64,000 nucleotides of DNA from Candidatus Eiseniibacteriota bacterium (GTDB lineage Bacteria > Eisenbacteria > RBG-16-71-46 > CAVPCR01), in the NCBI GenBank assembly GCA_963702435.1, contig CAVPCR010000004.1, positions 608,001 to 672,000 of the forward strand, given 5' to 3'. A program made the translations under genes and the position numbers. The notes beneath the pieces were generated by a model, which saw nothing but the letters and a program-made list of their open reading frames with translations, had not been told where the DNA came from and made no database searches. Numbering within the stretch: the stretch's first letter is position 1; the number at the start of each line of letters is the position of its first letter. Shown in pieces: positions 11,245 through 27,460 of this stretch.

Positions 11245-11772
11245 TCACCTCCGGTGCGCTGTCGTCCCGCTGGAGACGCGATCGAGATTCCGGTTCTTCG
11301 CACGCGACTCAGCGGCCATCCGCCGGCGATATGCCGTGAGCTTCATCCGCAGCCCGCGCTGGCTGAGCCCCAGGATCCGAGCTGCCAGCAACCCGGCGTT
11401 GCGTCCGTTACCGATCGCCACCGTCGCCACCGGGATCCCGGCCGGCATCTGCACGATCGAGAGGAGCGAGTCGATCCCGTGCAAGGACCTGCTCTCGACC
11501 GGCACCCCGATCACCGGCAAGAGGGTATGGGCTGCCACCATCCCTGGCAGGTGCGCCGCGCCGCCCGCCCCCGCGATGATGACCTTGAGCCCGCGCCGCT
11601 CCGCCGTCGCGGCATACCGCGCCATGTCGTCCGGAGTCCGGTGCGCGCTGACCACACGGATCTCATGCGGAACCCCGAGCTCAGCGAGCGCCTCCGCAGC
11701 CGCCTTGAGGGTCGGCCAGTCCGAATCGCTGCCCATGATTATGCCGACGACGGGCCTTGTTGCCGCCTTCAT
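11245..11772 (-). CDS. purE: N5-carboxyaminoimidazole ribonucleotide mutase
   Basis: [36 protein letters not shown] overlap with purK. Confidence 0.97.
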   Translation of the reverse strand: MKAATRPVVGIIMGSDSDWPTLKAAAEALAELGVPHEIRVVSAHRTPDDMARYAATAERRGLKVIIAGAGGAAHLPGMVAAHTLLPVIGVPVESRSLHGIDSLLSIVQMPAGIPVATVAIGNGRNAGLLAARILGLSQRGLRMKLTAYRRRMAAESRAKNRNLDRVSSGTTAHRR

Positions 11773-12956
11773 CGATCCCCTCCGAACCGGATGCAATCGG
11801 CCGCGCGCTGCGCCGTGGCGTACGCCGCCTCGGGTGTCGGCCCGAGGGCGGTGACGTGGCCCATCTTGCGACCCTGGGCGCTCCGGCTCTTGCCATAGAC
11901 GTGGACATGCGCTCCAGGCACCTGCAAAGCACCGCTCAAGCCCACCGCGGTGCCGTCGCCGTCACCGAAGCCGAGGAGGTTCACCATCGCGGCCGCCGGC
12001 GCCACCATCTCGGTCGAGCCCAGGGGCCAGTTCAGCACGGCGCGGACGTGGTTCTCGAACTGGGATGTCGTGCACGCCTCGATCGTGTAGTGACCCGTGT
12101 TGTGGACGCGCGGAGCGATCTCGTTGACGAGCAGTCGGCCATCGGGGAGCAGGAACATCTCCATCCCGAAACTACCGACTCCGCCGATGGCGGTGACGGC
12201 ATGCTCGGCGATGTCTCCAGCCGCCCGCGCGACTTCCTGGGGCACGGCGGCCGGCGCCTTGACGATGTGGCAGATGTGTTCCCGGTTGATGGTCTCGACG
12301 ACAGGGTAGCGCGCCACCTTGCCATCCTGGCTGCGCGTCACGATGATCGCCAGCTCGAGGGCAAAGTCACAAAACCCCTCAACATAGAGCGCCTCTCGGG
12401 AGCCGTCAAGCCTCGCCCATGCCGCCGCGAGGTCCCCAGAGACACGCAGGGTGGCGTTGCCCTTGCCATCGTAGCTGTTCCGCCGCTTCTTCAGCACCGC
12501 GGGGAACCCGAAACGCGCGATGGCCTCCATGCTCGGCGCCGGGGCGAAGCGCGGCACCGGCAGGCCAGCCTGGGCGAAGGCCTGCTTCTGGTGGAGCTTG
12601 TCCTGCACCAGGGCGATGGTGGTGACTGCCGGCCAGAGCTGATGCCGGCTATCGGCCAGCACGACCAGGGCCGAGGTGTCCACGAACTCGTTCTCGAGCG
12701 TCACGACATCGACGAGCGGCGCCAGCTTCAACAGCTCGCGTGGATCGTTCCAGTCTCCGATGATCGCGTGGGTATCGACACTGTGGGCTGGGAAGTCATC
12801 GTGCCGCTCGAGCACGACGACCTCGCAACCGAACTTCGCGGCTGCGGCGGCGGTCATCTTGGCGAGCTGCCCGCCGCCGAGAATGCCGAGGCGCGGTGCC
12901 GGGGTATCCGCGAGCGGACGCAGGGAGGGCGCTGATTCAGGCTGGGAGCGATGCAT
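11769..12956 (-). CDS. purK: N5-CAIR synthetase
   Basis: [39 protein letters not shown]. Confidence 0.96.
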   Translation of the reverse strand: MHRSQPESAPSLRPLADTPAPRLGILGGGQLAKMTAAAAAKFGCEVVVLERHDDFPAHSVDTHAIIGDWNDPRELLKLAPLVDVVTLENEFVDTSALVVLADSRHQLWPAVTTIALVQDKLHQKQAFAQAGLPVPRFAPAPSMEAIARFGFPAVLKKRRNSYDGKGNATLRVSGDLAAAWARLDGSREALYVEGFCDFALELAIIVTRSQDGKVARYPVVETINREHICHIVKAPAAVPQEVARAAGDIAEHAVTAIGGVGSFGMEMFLLPDGRLLVNEIAPRVHNTGHYTIEACTTSQFENHVRAVLNWPLGSTEMVAPAAAMVNLLGFGDGDGTAVGLSGALQVPGAHVHVYGKSRSAQGRKMGHVTALGPTPEAAYATAQRAADCIRFGGDR

Positions 12957-13129
12957 GGCCCGTATGATACGCCTCTCCCGGTGCCGGCGGACAGCCCGTG
13001 ATGTCACCGACGCGGGAGACGGCATTGACGGCCGCGTCACCATGGGTTAGAGCGCAATGCTCGCCCACCACCCAGTCCCCCCACTGGGAGACAACGTGAA
13101 TCGCAAGGGGGTCCTCGTTGTGCCCTCGC

Positions 13130-13703
13130 CGGTATTCGCGTCGGCGTAGGTCAGGCACGGAGGATCCCACTCAAACTCCCGACGCTTCGCCCGCTCCAAG
13201 GCGATCATTCCATACGTGTCCTGCGTCCAGACTCCTGGGGCGCGCAAGGCCACGACGCGCATGTCGCTGCCTTCCGCCACGCACCTACAAAGTTCCTCCG
13301 CAAGGTGCTTCGATATCCCACAGGGTGTCGACGGATAGCAGCGGTGAGCATCATCAAGGGGAAGGCAGTCAGGTGGGCGCTCACCCTTGAAGACGCCAAG
13401 GGCATCGACGCTGCTCAAGAAGGCAACGCGCTTGACATGTGCGGCTTGAGCCGCGCATAGCACGTTTCCATGTGCCCTGCAGATTCACTTCCATGATCTG
13501 CTCCGCGCTCTCCCGCTCCGTCCTGAGGAGTGCTGCGGCATGAATAGCGGCCTCGCAACCACGCATCGCTGTGCTGAGTGTGGCCAACTGCAAAATGTCT
13601 TGCCCATCCCGATCGAAGCCCAGGGCGGCGCGATGGGCATTCTCGAGTTCCTCCTCACGGCAGACCCGATCAACCCGCGACTGCCTGTTACAAGAACGCG
13701 CAT
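13130..13703 (-). pseudogene. NAD-dependent epimerase/dehydratase pseudogene
   Basis: Split over three frames (MRVLVTGSRGLIG / AIHAAA..EVNLQGTW / FLSSVDA..PCGISK). The YxxxK Tyr is replaced by Cys and homology stops after EFEWDP; the 3' boundary is approximate. Confidence 0.75.
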
Positions 13704-13719
13704 GGCTTTGCCTCGAGGC

Positions 13720-13765
13720 GACTAACGGTCGACCTAGCCGGGTCCGGTTGAGCGAGGGGTTAGGC
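13720..13765 (-). mobile_element. Degenerate, internally shortened integron attC site
   Basis: Minus strand GCCTAAC-CCCTC-GCTCAACCGG-AC-CCGGCTAGG-TCGACC-GTTAGTC. R'' overlaps the upstream stop codon; the next ATG is 16 bp after R'. Confidence 0.6.
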
Positions 13766-14734
13766 GTCGCTGCCTGGCCGAGCAAGGGCATCTTGAACCC
13801 GGGTGAACTGCACTTCCCACAGCCAACGCATGCTCTCTGCTGTGGCTGCCTTCGAGCACCACTCGAGCGGGACATTCAGGCACTGTTCCACCGAGAGTCT
13901 CCAATCAGCCAGCGCTTCCTCCCAACTGTAGTCAGGCTTGCCGAGGACCTCATACCACTGGCGAAGGACGATGAGTTCGCACTCCTGCCTTGCCTGCTCT
14001 GGCCACCAGGGAATCATGAAATAGGCCAGATCGGATGCCGCGACGCCGTAGGTCAGCGACCAATCGAACGGCTGTCGATCCAGGAAGTACACCGGGGTCT
14101 CACCGCTTCTTGGGGTGAGCACATTCGTAGGGTTGAGGTCTCCGTGTAGAATCGACATGCCTTGGGGCTTGGCCCAACGCAGTCGAAACGCCCGCTCATG
14201 ACGCTCGAACCGATCTCGCAGCGAGTGCCCCGTAGCACTCTCCATGACCGGGAGGCCCGGGCGAATCTCATCGAAGTAGCGATCAAGCGCAGCATTGTCT
14301 GGTGCTGGCATCGTTTCCCAGTGGTGCCTGTGCAGTCGGCCAAGCGCCTGTGCCACCGCCACGCCATAGGCCAGCGACGGTGCGGCGTCTCGGCGGTCTC
14401 TGTGAGTTGCCGCCAGATCGGCGAGCAGGAGGTGATAACCAACGGCTGGGTCATACTGCGCATCGAAGCATGGCACGAGCGGTGCGTCCGGCAGGCCAAC
14501 GTAGTCTCGGGTGTAGTAGTCGACCTCCGAGCGCCCGAAGGTGTCGCCCTGGCAGACCTTCAGGCGAAGCGCGCACGTCGTGCCATCGATCAAGTATGCA
14601 TCGATGATCAGCTGGCGTGACCAGTTTCCATGGCTGGAAGCGATCCGGACGTTTTCAACGCCTCGCGCCAGGACTTCGCTAAGCCACGATGCGGAGACCT
14701 CACTTTCACTCCGAATCACTGTTCTCGGCGACAT
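13760..14734 (-). CDS. Aminoglycoside/choline-kinase-like phosphotransferase
   Basis: LLLADL, Brenner motif LHGDLNPTNVL, YFLD, DLAYF; lower GC than the flanks. Confidence 0.85.
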   Translation of the reverse strand: MSPRTVIRSESEVSASWLSEVLARGVENVRIASSHGNWSRQLIIDAYLIDGTTCALRLKVCQGDTFGRSEVDYYTRDYVGLPDAPLVPCFDAQYDPAVGYHLLLADLAATHRDRRDAAPSLAYGVAVAQALGRLHRHHWETMPAPDNAALDRYFDEIRPGLPVMESATGHSLRDRFERHERAFRLRWAKPQGMSILHGDLNPTNVLTPRSGETPVYFLDRQPFDWSLTYGVAASDLAYFMIPWWPEQARQECELIVLRQWYEVLGKPDYSWEEALADWRLSVEQCLNVPLEWCSKAATAESMRWLWEVQFTRVQDALARPGSDA

Positions 14735-15610
14735 GGCTAGGGCAGGATAGGTGAGCGGCTCAGGTGCAATGCGCGGTACCCGCGACGCCAGATCAGTGAA
14801 GCGGGCTGCGAAGGTAATCGGTTACGCCTGCCGACGCATGTGGGGTAGGCTGGCGAGCGGTTCGTGGAGCGGAGCCGCATGTGTCTCTGTGCCGCCAGGG
14901 TGGAGCGAGTCCCCGGCATCCTTTCCCGAGATATGCCGCGAGCCGACGACGAACAGCCGGATAGAGGTCGCGACTGGCCTCCAGAGGATGCGAGCACTTG
15001 GGTGCGTCGGGGCCGCGGTTGAGGACGTGGACCCTCATGGCGGAGGCGAGCACCCCTGGGTGACAGGCCTGAGCTCTTGCCGTCCATGACTCCGATCTGG
15101 CTTGTAGCTTCCGCGACCATGGTCCCCTCCCCGGCGGGACGGGGGCTGGGACGTCGCCGGCACCGACGAGCGTCAAGGATAGACGGCAATCCCGCCGTAG
15201 ACCACTGCCCATACATGCCCGGGTGCCGTAGGCCACCGCGGCGCAACCGAGGCCTCCCGCCTGCTTGGGACTTTGTCAGCGCTGCGGCGATGCCCGCAAC
15301 TCTCCTGACCGAGGGTCATGTTGTTCTCACTTCTCCATGAGAATCCGACGGGTCCATCCGTCACAGTCCAGTGGGCTGTCCTTGCCTCCGTCCACGGCCT
15401 TTGAGTCCGTAACTTCCGGTATCAGCGGCGGCTCCGGCCGCCACGGCTCCCATGGACCGGAGAACTTCGCGCGCACCAGGACGCTCCGGCTCGCGCTGAA
15501 GGAGCCGGCCGCGAGTTGATTGATATGAGCCAGGCAGCTCGGCACGCGGCCCCGTCCACACGCGTCGTACCATGCATGTGTCACCCGATCACCCATGGAG
15601 GTCACGCCCC

Positions 15611-16060
15611 ATGTACCGTCACGCACCGACCGCGCTCATGACCGGCGCCGTTCTCGCCAGTGCGGCCCTCGCTCTTTGCTTCGCCGGCCCGGCGGCGGCG
15701 CAATGGGCCCCGCAGGTGAGCGGCGGCTCGATTCGAGGCCCTCTCGGCGCGGCCCAGTCCATTCGCCGGTCGGGTCTCGATCCCGATCCTGGGGCCGGCG
15801 GTCAAGCCACGGCACGGATCTACGATCCCGCTGGACGGCTCGTGGCCCGACCGACGCTGCGAGGGGCAGTCGCCGGCACCGCCGGGGCCACCTGGGGCAG
15901 CCGGGACGCCTCTGGAAGTGAATCTCCAGTAGTAACTTACGGAATCGAAGCACGATCGGAATGGGGGCCGGCCCGGGCCCGGCTCGTGCGGATCGAAGTA
16001 GCCATATCGCCAGCGATCCCGCGGGATCGCCTGGCACCCGCAGACGCCCGCCCGGTTTGA
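15611..16060 (+). CDS. Small or degenerate secreted protein: signal peptide plus eroded FlgD/T9SS-like C-terminal domain (possible pseudogene)
   Basis: GGAGG RBS; signal peptide ending AGPAAA-Q; ARIYDPAGRLVA...ATWGSRDASG resembles the CTDs of the other secreted proteins here. Confidence 0.5.
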   Translation: MYRHAPTALMTGAVLASAALALCFAGPAAAQWAPQVSGGSIRGPLGAAQSIRRSGLDPDPGAGGQATARIYDPAGRLVARPTLRGAVAGTAGATWGSRDASGSESPVVTYGIEARSEWGPARARLVRIEVAISPAIPRDRLAPADARPV

Positions 16061-16085
16061 CAATCCCCGGGCCGCATGCTACCTT
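16057..16085 (+). promoter_or_regulatory. Sigma70-type promoter of the atp operon
   Basis: TTGACA-17 bp-TACCTT with TG extension. Confidence 0.75.
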
Positions 16086-16168
16086 CCGCCCCGCTTGCGC
16101 CATTTTTCACAAACCCGCCTGCACCGCAACCATAAGTCATTACGATTCTTAAGTCGCGAGGTGCCGCG

Positions 16169-16477
16169 TTGGCGCGGATGACGAAGGAGCAGGCGCGGCT
16201 CGCACGGCAGGTCGGGCTCCTCACGGCCATCCCGTTCATGCTGCTGGCCGGCCCCGTGCTCGGGTACCTCGTCGGGAGCTGGCTCGACCGGAAGTTCGGG
16301 ACCGAGCCCATCCTGCTCATCGTGCTTCTCCTCGTCGGTCTCGCCGCCTCCGGGCGGGAGACCTACGAGCTCATCAAGCTGGCCAGTCGCGAGGACGTCG
16401 GAAGCGATGGAGGAGACGGGGGACAAGGGCGCGGGGATGGGGTACCTCCGGAAGGTCGGCCTCGCCAGCGCGATTAG
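16169..16477 (+). CDS. AtpZ/AtpI-family (ATPase gene 1) membrane protein
   Basis: GYLVGSWLDRKFGTEP motif, two TM segments, first gene of the atp operon. Confidence 0.85.
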   Translation: MARMTKEQARLARQVGLLTAIPFMLLAGPVLGYLVGSWLDRKFGTEPILLIVLLLVGLAASGRETYELIKLASREDVGSDGGDGGQGRGDGVPPEGRPRQRD

Positions 16478-16823
16478 CGGGCTCGTTCTCGGGCTCGGCT
16501 TCATCGCCGGCGGGCTCGCCCGCTGGGGCTCCGGGGTCATCGCCGGCGACCTGTGGGCGATCGCGAACCTCTACTGCGTTCGCTTCGTGCTCGTGCGCGG
16601 GCTCCGGCCCGCCGGCGAGCCGGTGGGGTTCGCACACCTCTGGATGTGGTTCGGTCTCCTCGTCAAGTTCCCACTTCTCTACGGGCTTGGCTATCTGATG
16701 CTCAAGTCCGGGTGGTTCAGGACGGAAGGACTGATGATCGGATTCATCGTGCCGTTCGCGGTCGCGTTCGCCGACGCGCTCGGGCAGTTCGCCGCCGAGC
16801 GGCGGCAGGCAGCGCTGCGATGA
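16407..16823 (+). CDS. atpI: ATP synthase protein I
   Basis: Four hydrophobic segments; stop overlaps the atpB ATG. Start could be 16437. Confidence 0.7.
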   Translation: MEETGDKGAGMGYLRKVGLASAISGLVLGLGFIAGGLARWGSGVIAGDLWAIANLYCVRFVLVRGLRPAGEPVGFAHLWMWFGLLVKFPLLYGLGYLMLKSGWFRTEGLMIGFIVPFAVAFADALGQFAAERRQAALR

Positions 16824-17887
16824 ACGCCCCGCGTATCCGGCAGAGCGCGGCCGGAGCCGAGCGCACCCGAGCGCGCCGCTGGTTCCGGACGGCCGTCGTC
16901 TTCGCGGCGCTCGTTGTCCTTGCCACCCTGCCGGCGCTCCGTCCCGGCGCCCTCGCCACCGGAGAGCCGGGACACGGGACTCCGGTCACACCGCCGGCGA
17001 CCGTTGACTCGGCGATGCACGGCGCCGCGCCCGGTGCGGAGACGCACGACGCCGCGCACGGCGAAGCCGCGCATGGCGACGCCGCACATGGCGACGCCGC
17101 ACACGGCGAGGCGGCGCACTCCGAGCACCCGCCCGAGCTCCCGAACGTGATCACGATCCTCAACCAGCGCTACCCCGACAGCGCGTTCGTGCATTTCCTC
17201 CACACCTGGGAGAACCAGGTGTTCATGTTCTTCTACATCATCGTGCTCATCGTGGTCGCGGGGCTGGGCGCGCGCGCTCTCGAGCGCATCCCCGGTCCGT
17301 TCCAGAACGGGGTCGAGTTCGTGGTGGAGAGCCTCGACGACTTCGTCGCCAGCATCCTCGGCCCCCACGGCCGCAAGCTCGTGCCGTTCCTCGGCACGCT
17401 CTTCGTGTTCATCCTGACCATGAACTATGCCGGGCTCGTGCCGTTCCTCAAGTCGCCGACGGCGAACCTGAACACGACGCTGGCCATGGCGCTCTGCGTC
17501 TTCCTCTATGTGCAGTGGACCGGCATCCGGTCCTTCGGCATCGTCGGCTATCTCGATCACCTGGCCGGCTCGCCGCGCGACATCGTGGGCTTCGTGCTCA
17601 TGCCGATCATGCTCCCCCTCCATATCGTCGGGGAGCTGGTCAAGCCGATGAGCCTCTCCCTTCGGCTCTTCGGCAACGTGACCGGGGAGGACGTGCTCCT
17701 GGCCGTCTTCGTGGGGCTCGGCGTCAGTCTCCTCGGCATCTTCGCGCACGGGCTCCCGTTCGGCATTCCGCTGCAGGCGCTCGTCTATCCGCTGCTTCTC
17801 ATCTTCGGTTTCATCCAGGCTCTGGTGTTCACGCTCCTGAGCACGATCTACTTCTTCATGATGCTCCCGCACGAGGAGCATCACTAG
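16820..17887 (+). CDS. atpB: ATP synthase Fo subunit a with long N-terminal extension
   Basis: [41 protein letters not shown]. Confidence 0.95.
   Translation: MNAPRIRQSAAGAERTRARRWFRTAVVFAALVVLATLPALRPGALATGEPGHGTPVTPPATVDSAMHGAAPGAETHDAAHGEAAHGDAAHGDAAHGEAAHSEHPPELPNVITILNQRYPDSAFVHFLHTWENQVFMFFYIIVLIVVAGLGARALERIPGPFQNGVEFVVESLDDFVASILGPHGRKLVPFLGTLFVFILTMNYAGLVPFLKSPTANLNTTLAMALCVFLYVQWTGIRSFGIVGYLDHLAGSPRDIVGFVLMPIMLPLHIVGELVKPMSLSLRLFGNVTGEDVLLAVFVGLGVSLLGIFAHGLPFGIPLQALVYPLLLIFGFIQALVFTLLSTIYFFMMLPHEEHH
17048..17122 (+). repeat. 15-bp coding repeat ([DE]AAHG x5), His-rich segment of subunit a
   Basis: Five gacgccgcgcacggc-type units. Confidence 0.85.
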
Positions 17888-17952
17888 GGGAGTGGGTCCG
17901 GCTCAGGCCGGGCCCGGTGTTACGAACGACTCTGAAAGGGGGTCTCACGTTC

Positions 17953-18189
17953 ATGGACCACAGCGCAACCATCGGTCTCGCCCTCCCGATCGGTCTCGGG
18001 ATCGCCGCCTTCGGTTCCGCCTTCGGGCTCGGCCGCGCGGTCGGCGCCGCCATGGAGGCGATCGGCCGCCAGCCGGAAGCGGCGGCCAAGATCCAGACGG
18101 CCATGATCATCGGCTGCGCGCTCATCGAGGCGCTCACCATCTACGCCCTGGTCAGCGTGTTCGTGCTGCAGGGCAAGATCGCGGGCTAG
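17953..18189 (+). CDS. atpE: ATP synthase Fo subunit c
   Basis: GRQPE loop and ALIEALTIY with the essential Glu. Confidence 0.96.
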   Translation: MDHSATIGLALPIGLGIAAFGSAFGLGRAVGAAMEAIGRQPEAAAKIQTAMIIGCALIEALTIYALVSVFVLQGKIAG

Positions 18190-18263
18190 GGCGCGACGGC
18201 CGGGATCGCCGCCGCTCGCCCGCGCTCGCGCGGGATTGACGGCGGTCCGGTCCGGGAGAAGCC

Positions 18264-18755
18264 ATGCTTACGATCAGCTGGCCTCAGCTCATCACCAACA
18301 TCATCGGGTTCCTGCTCCTGTTCTGGGGGCTCAAGCGCTTCGCCTGGGGACCGCTCCTCGGTCTCCTCGACGAGCGGCGCGCGCGCATCCAGAAGGAGAT
18401 CGCGGACGTCGCCGACCTGAAGCGGCAGGCGGAGGCGCTCGGCGCCGAGTTCGAGCAGAAGATGCGCGAGATCGACGCCCTGAGCCGGAAGCGCCTGGAA
18501 GAGGCGAGCCGCGAGGCGCTCGGGGTGGCGGCCGAGATCAGGGACAAGGCGCGCGAGGAGTCCGCCGCGATTCTCGAGAAGGCGAAGGCCGACATCGAGC
18601 GGGAGCGGGACAAGGCGCGCGTCGCGCTTCGCGATGACATGGTGCGGATGGTGGTCATGACCGGCGAGAAGATCCTCCGCGAGCGGCTATCGGCCGACAA
18701 GCATGCGGAGCTCATCGGCCGCTACATCGACGACCTCGAGAGCATCAGGCGCTAG
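18264..18755 (+). CDS. atpF: ATP synthase subunit b
   Basis: N-terminal TM, LKRFAWGPLLGLLDERR, coiled coil. Confidence 0.95.
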   Translation: MLTISWPQLITNIIGFLLLFWGLKRFAWGPLLGLLDERRARIQKEIADVADLKRQAEALGAEFEQKMREIDALSRKRLEEASREALGVAAEIRDKAREESAAILEKAKADIERERDKARVALRDDMVRMVVMTGEKILRERLSADKHAELIGRYIDDLESIRR

Positions 18756-18773
18756 GGACAGGCGGAGGCGACC

Positions 18774-19355
18774 GTGCCGCGATCGGCGACCAGACTGGGA
18801 GGCACGCATATCGATCCGGCGCTCGCGCGCCGGTACGCGGCGGCGCTCCACACGAGCGCCAAGAAGCGCGGTGTCCTCGACCCGGTGGAGGCGGATCTCG
18901 CCGCCACCGCGGCGCTCCTCGCCGCCGAGCCGGCCTTCCGGGATTTCCTCCTCTCGCCCGACGTGCTCGACGAGCACAAGGACGAGATCCTCGCGCGGAC
19001 GCTCAAGCCGCGGCTGGCGCCGCTGTCGTTCCACTTCCTGCAGCTCCTGTTCAAGAAGCGCCGGCTCGATCATCTGGCGGCGATCCACGACGGCCTCGTC
19101 GAGCTGGTCGAGGCCGAGCGCGGCATCTGGCACGCCGCGGTGACGACGGCGGTGCCGATGAAGCAGGAGCACCAGGTCGAGATCCGGGCGAAGCTCGAAG
19201 CGGTCACCGGGAAGCAGATCAAGCTCGATCTCGATGTCGATCCCGACATCCTGGGCGGGGTCGTCCTGGTGATGAACGGCAAGATAGTCGACGGCAGCGT
19301 GCGCCGGGCCCTCGATCGCCTGCGCGACGAGCTGGCAGCGGTCCGCGTCATTTAG
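18774..19355 (+). CDS. atpH: ATP synthase subunit delta
   Basis: [22 protein letters not shown]. Confidence 0.94.
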   Translation: MPRSATRLGGTHIDPALARRYAAALHTSAKKRGVLDPVEADLAATAALLAAEPAFRDFLLSPDVLDEHKDEILARTLKPRLAPLSFHFLQLLFKKRRLDHLAAIHDGLVELVEAERGIWHAAVTTAVPMKQEHQVEIRAKLEAVTGKQIKLDLDVDPDILGGVVLVMNGKIVDGSVRRALDRLRDELAAVRVI

Positions 19356-19407
19356 GTACGAACAGGTACGCAATCGGACAGGTCATTCGAACAGGGAGTC
19401 CACAGTC

Positions 19408-20945
<1,538 letters not shown>

Positions 20946-20964
20946 AACTGGACGCGATCATCCG

Positions 20965-24975
<4,011 letters not shown>

Positions 24976-25037
24976 CGGGGAGCCGGACTCCCCATTCAGG
25001 GATAGGGTCGCGCTTCGGCCGCGGGCCGGCCGGCGGT

Positions 25038-26260
25038 CTATCTGCTGGGGCGAGAGGACGAATCGCGGTAGCGCGTCTTGATCCCACCCCAGGTCACGGG
25101 CTCGATCGCCTGAGTGCAGCCGACGGTGAGCGCCCCGATGAGCCCGCAGCCTGCCGGCGAGTTCTCGGGTGTACAAGGCGACGTCGCCGCGATCGAGAGG
25201 TCGCTGCAGAGTAGCGGGTCGAGCGAGAAGTTGCCGCCCCCATCGACACCGCAAAGCTCGTCGCCGCCCGCGTTGCCGAAGAGGTCGCAGCAGGCAACCT
25301 GCGATGCGCTCTGCCTGCAAGCGATGCCGCTTCCGCCCTCATTGAATGCCACGATCGAGGTGAAGAACGCCCCGCTCACGAAGAGAGCCATGATCCCTGA
25401 GCCGATGGGTCCCTGGTTGCCGACGATCGTGCAGCTCTCGATGCGCGGACTTCCGTCGCGCAGGAAGAGGCCACCTCCCAGCCCGGAATCTCCAGCTGCA
25501 TTGCCGGAAATGACGGTTCGCACGATTGCGGGGTTCGACGACTCCTGCGTCGTGATGCCTGCTCCGCGGAGCGCCCGATTCCCGGACACCGCGCAGTCAA
25601 CGATCTCCGGCGAGCCACGGCTCACGCAGAGCCCACCACCGTCGCCAGCAGCATGGTTGTTCTCGATCGTGCACTCGTGGATCGTGGGAGAGCCGAGGAA
25701 GATGTGGATCCCGCCGCCGTCCCCGGAGCAGACATTGTCGCGAACGAGGCAGCGGGTCACCGCCGGCAGGCTGACGACCAGATGCATGCCGCCGCCGTTG
25801 CCGCCGCAGACGTTGTCCTCGATCACGCAATCAGTGATGGTGCCGCCCGTAGCCAGATAGGCGAGGCCACCGCCGGAATCGGCACCGGTCTCCGAGCCGA
25901 AATCGATGCCACCGAAGGCGTGGCGCAGCGTGAAGCCGGCAAGCCTGAGCTCGCCGGCCCCAATCGCTGTGATCACGCTCAGAGTGTCCGGGTGCGAGGG
26001 GGCGCTGCCATCGATCACGGTGACATCCGGCCCGCCGAAGGAGACGAGCTCGATTGCCTTGCCCAGGATGCGGACGTTCTCGACGTAGGTTCCAGGGCGC
26101 ACGAGGACCCGGTCGCCGGCTTCCGCGTAGTCCACGGCCGCCTGGATCGTCACGAACTGGTCGGGGACGACGATCTCGTCGGCGATGACCGGGTACGAGG
26201 TGAGAAGGTACGCCGCGGACGCGAAGAGGGAGCAGCATGCAGCCAAGGTCGTGCGTGCGG
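25038..26260 (-). CDS. Secreted parallel beta-helix repeat protein with C-terminal TWG tail (start uncertain)
   Basis: Signal-like segment, then IVVPDQFVTIQAAVD..GDRVLVRPGTYVEN, repeated N...GGG...P.I..C.I..N rungs, GNFSLDPL, ending IEPVTWGGIKTRYR. Confidence 0.8.
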
Positions 26261-26499
26261 CGCTCGGACAGTCGAGCCGATCGCTTCGCCTGGGCGCCGG
26301 TGTTCGCGTGAACGCATGGGATATCGTCGCCTCCGCTCCAGATTGCCTAGTAGCCCGCTCCGAAACGGATCCCGTGGTCGCGTTCACAGACCCCTGTATC
26401 GTCGAGCGGGATGAACCGGGTTGCGTCCGGCTGGTCGGCGTTGGCTGCGGCGCCACTCGCCTGCCCACTTCTGCAGACACTCCGTCCCGCTTGAGCCTG

Positions 26500-26816
26500 A
26501 CGTGAGGCGAGGTGCTCTGAAGCTCAAGAAACGCTCGAAAGACGCGCAAAGCCAAGCCCGTCCGATCCCTGACACCCAGTTTTCGATACATGCGCTCGAA
26601 ATGGGTGTGGACAGTGTGCGGGGAAATGCCGAGATTGAAGGCGATGGCTTGCTCCTTCTGATCGTCGAAGACTTGCATCAGGATCTCCGCTTCGCGATCA
26701 GAGAGATGAAGGGACTCAAGAACCGCACGCCACTGCGCGGCGGGCAGCACGTGTGTTCCCTTCTGCGGCATAGCCGGGCGGCCTGGCTCCTTCATCCGTG
26801 TTCCCTCCGTGATCAC
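26500..26816 (-). CDS. Solo LuxR-type HTH regulator; no stop before the beta-helix gene (same frame)
   Basis: LSDREAEIL...AIAFNLGISPHTVHTHFERMYRKLGV; 3' boundary approximate. Confidence 0.75.
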
Positions 26817-27460
26817 GTGTGGTCGTCTACTGGTCGTCGTGCGCCCCGGCGGTGTTAGTGGTCCGTGCCAGGAGATACATCCTCATGGCTGTCCTGCACG
26901 GGCAGAACTTACAGCGTAGGGACCCACAAGCGGGGCTAATGAGCGGATTGCGCCGGCTGAGCCTTGCTCCGAACTCGTGGGCGAAGAAGGCCGACCCGGA
27001 CCGCTCAGCCGTGTTCGTGGTTCGAGTGAGTGCTGTTCTCTGGTGGGTACGCCGCCCTCCTGCCGCGCAATTGGGCATCGCGGCCTCATCGTCGGGCGGC
27101 TTCGCGCCGGGACCCGCTGGGGTCGCCGGGCGGTGAGGTCTGGCCTGGCTCCCGACTCGCGGTCGAGTCGAAGGAACGGAGATGACGATGGCACCGTCCC
27201 TGGTCCCGAGGCAACGGAATTCCGGCTGCAGATTCGCGAGTACCACCGGCGGTTCGGTATCGCGCCTGACGCCTCCTGGGGCATCGATCGCGCCCCTCCA
27301 CCGCCAATGAAACTGGTGATCGAGGGCGAGTAGTACCGGCAGCAGCTCAAGCCTTCGGCAGCGGCCCACAGCGCCGCTGGACAGAAGAATGGAAGGTAGC
27401 GTATAGATCAGCCCGGATGTCACGAACCCGCAGCGACGGGGGAAAGCTCGTGAGAAACCA

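Noticed and set aside
14790..15240. Possible Y1/RAYT transposase relic (MRVHVLNRG...RRRLAAYLG)
   Set aside because: Only a short resemblance; no HUH motif or flanking REP pairs found.
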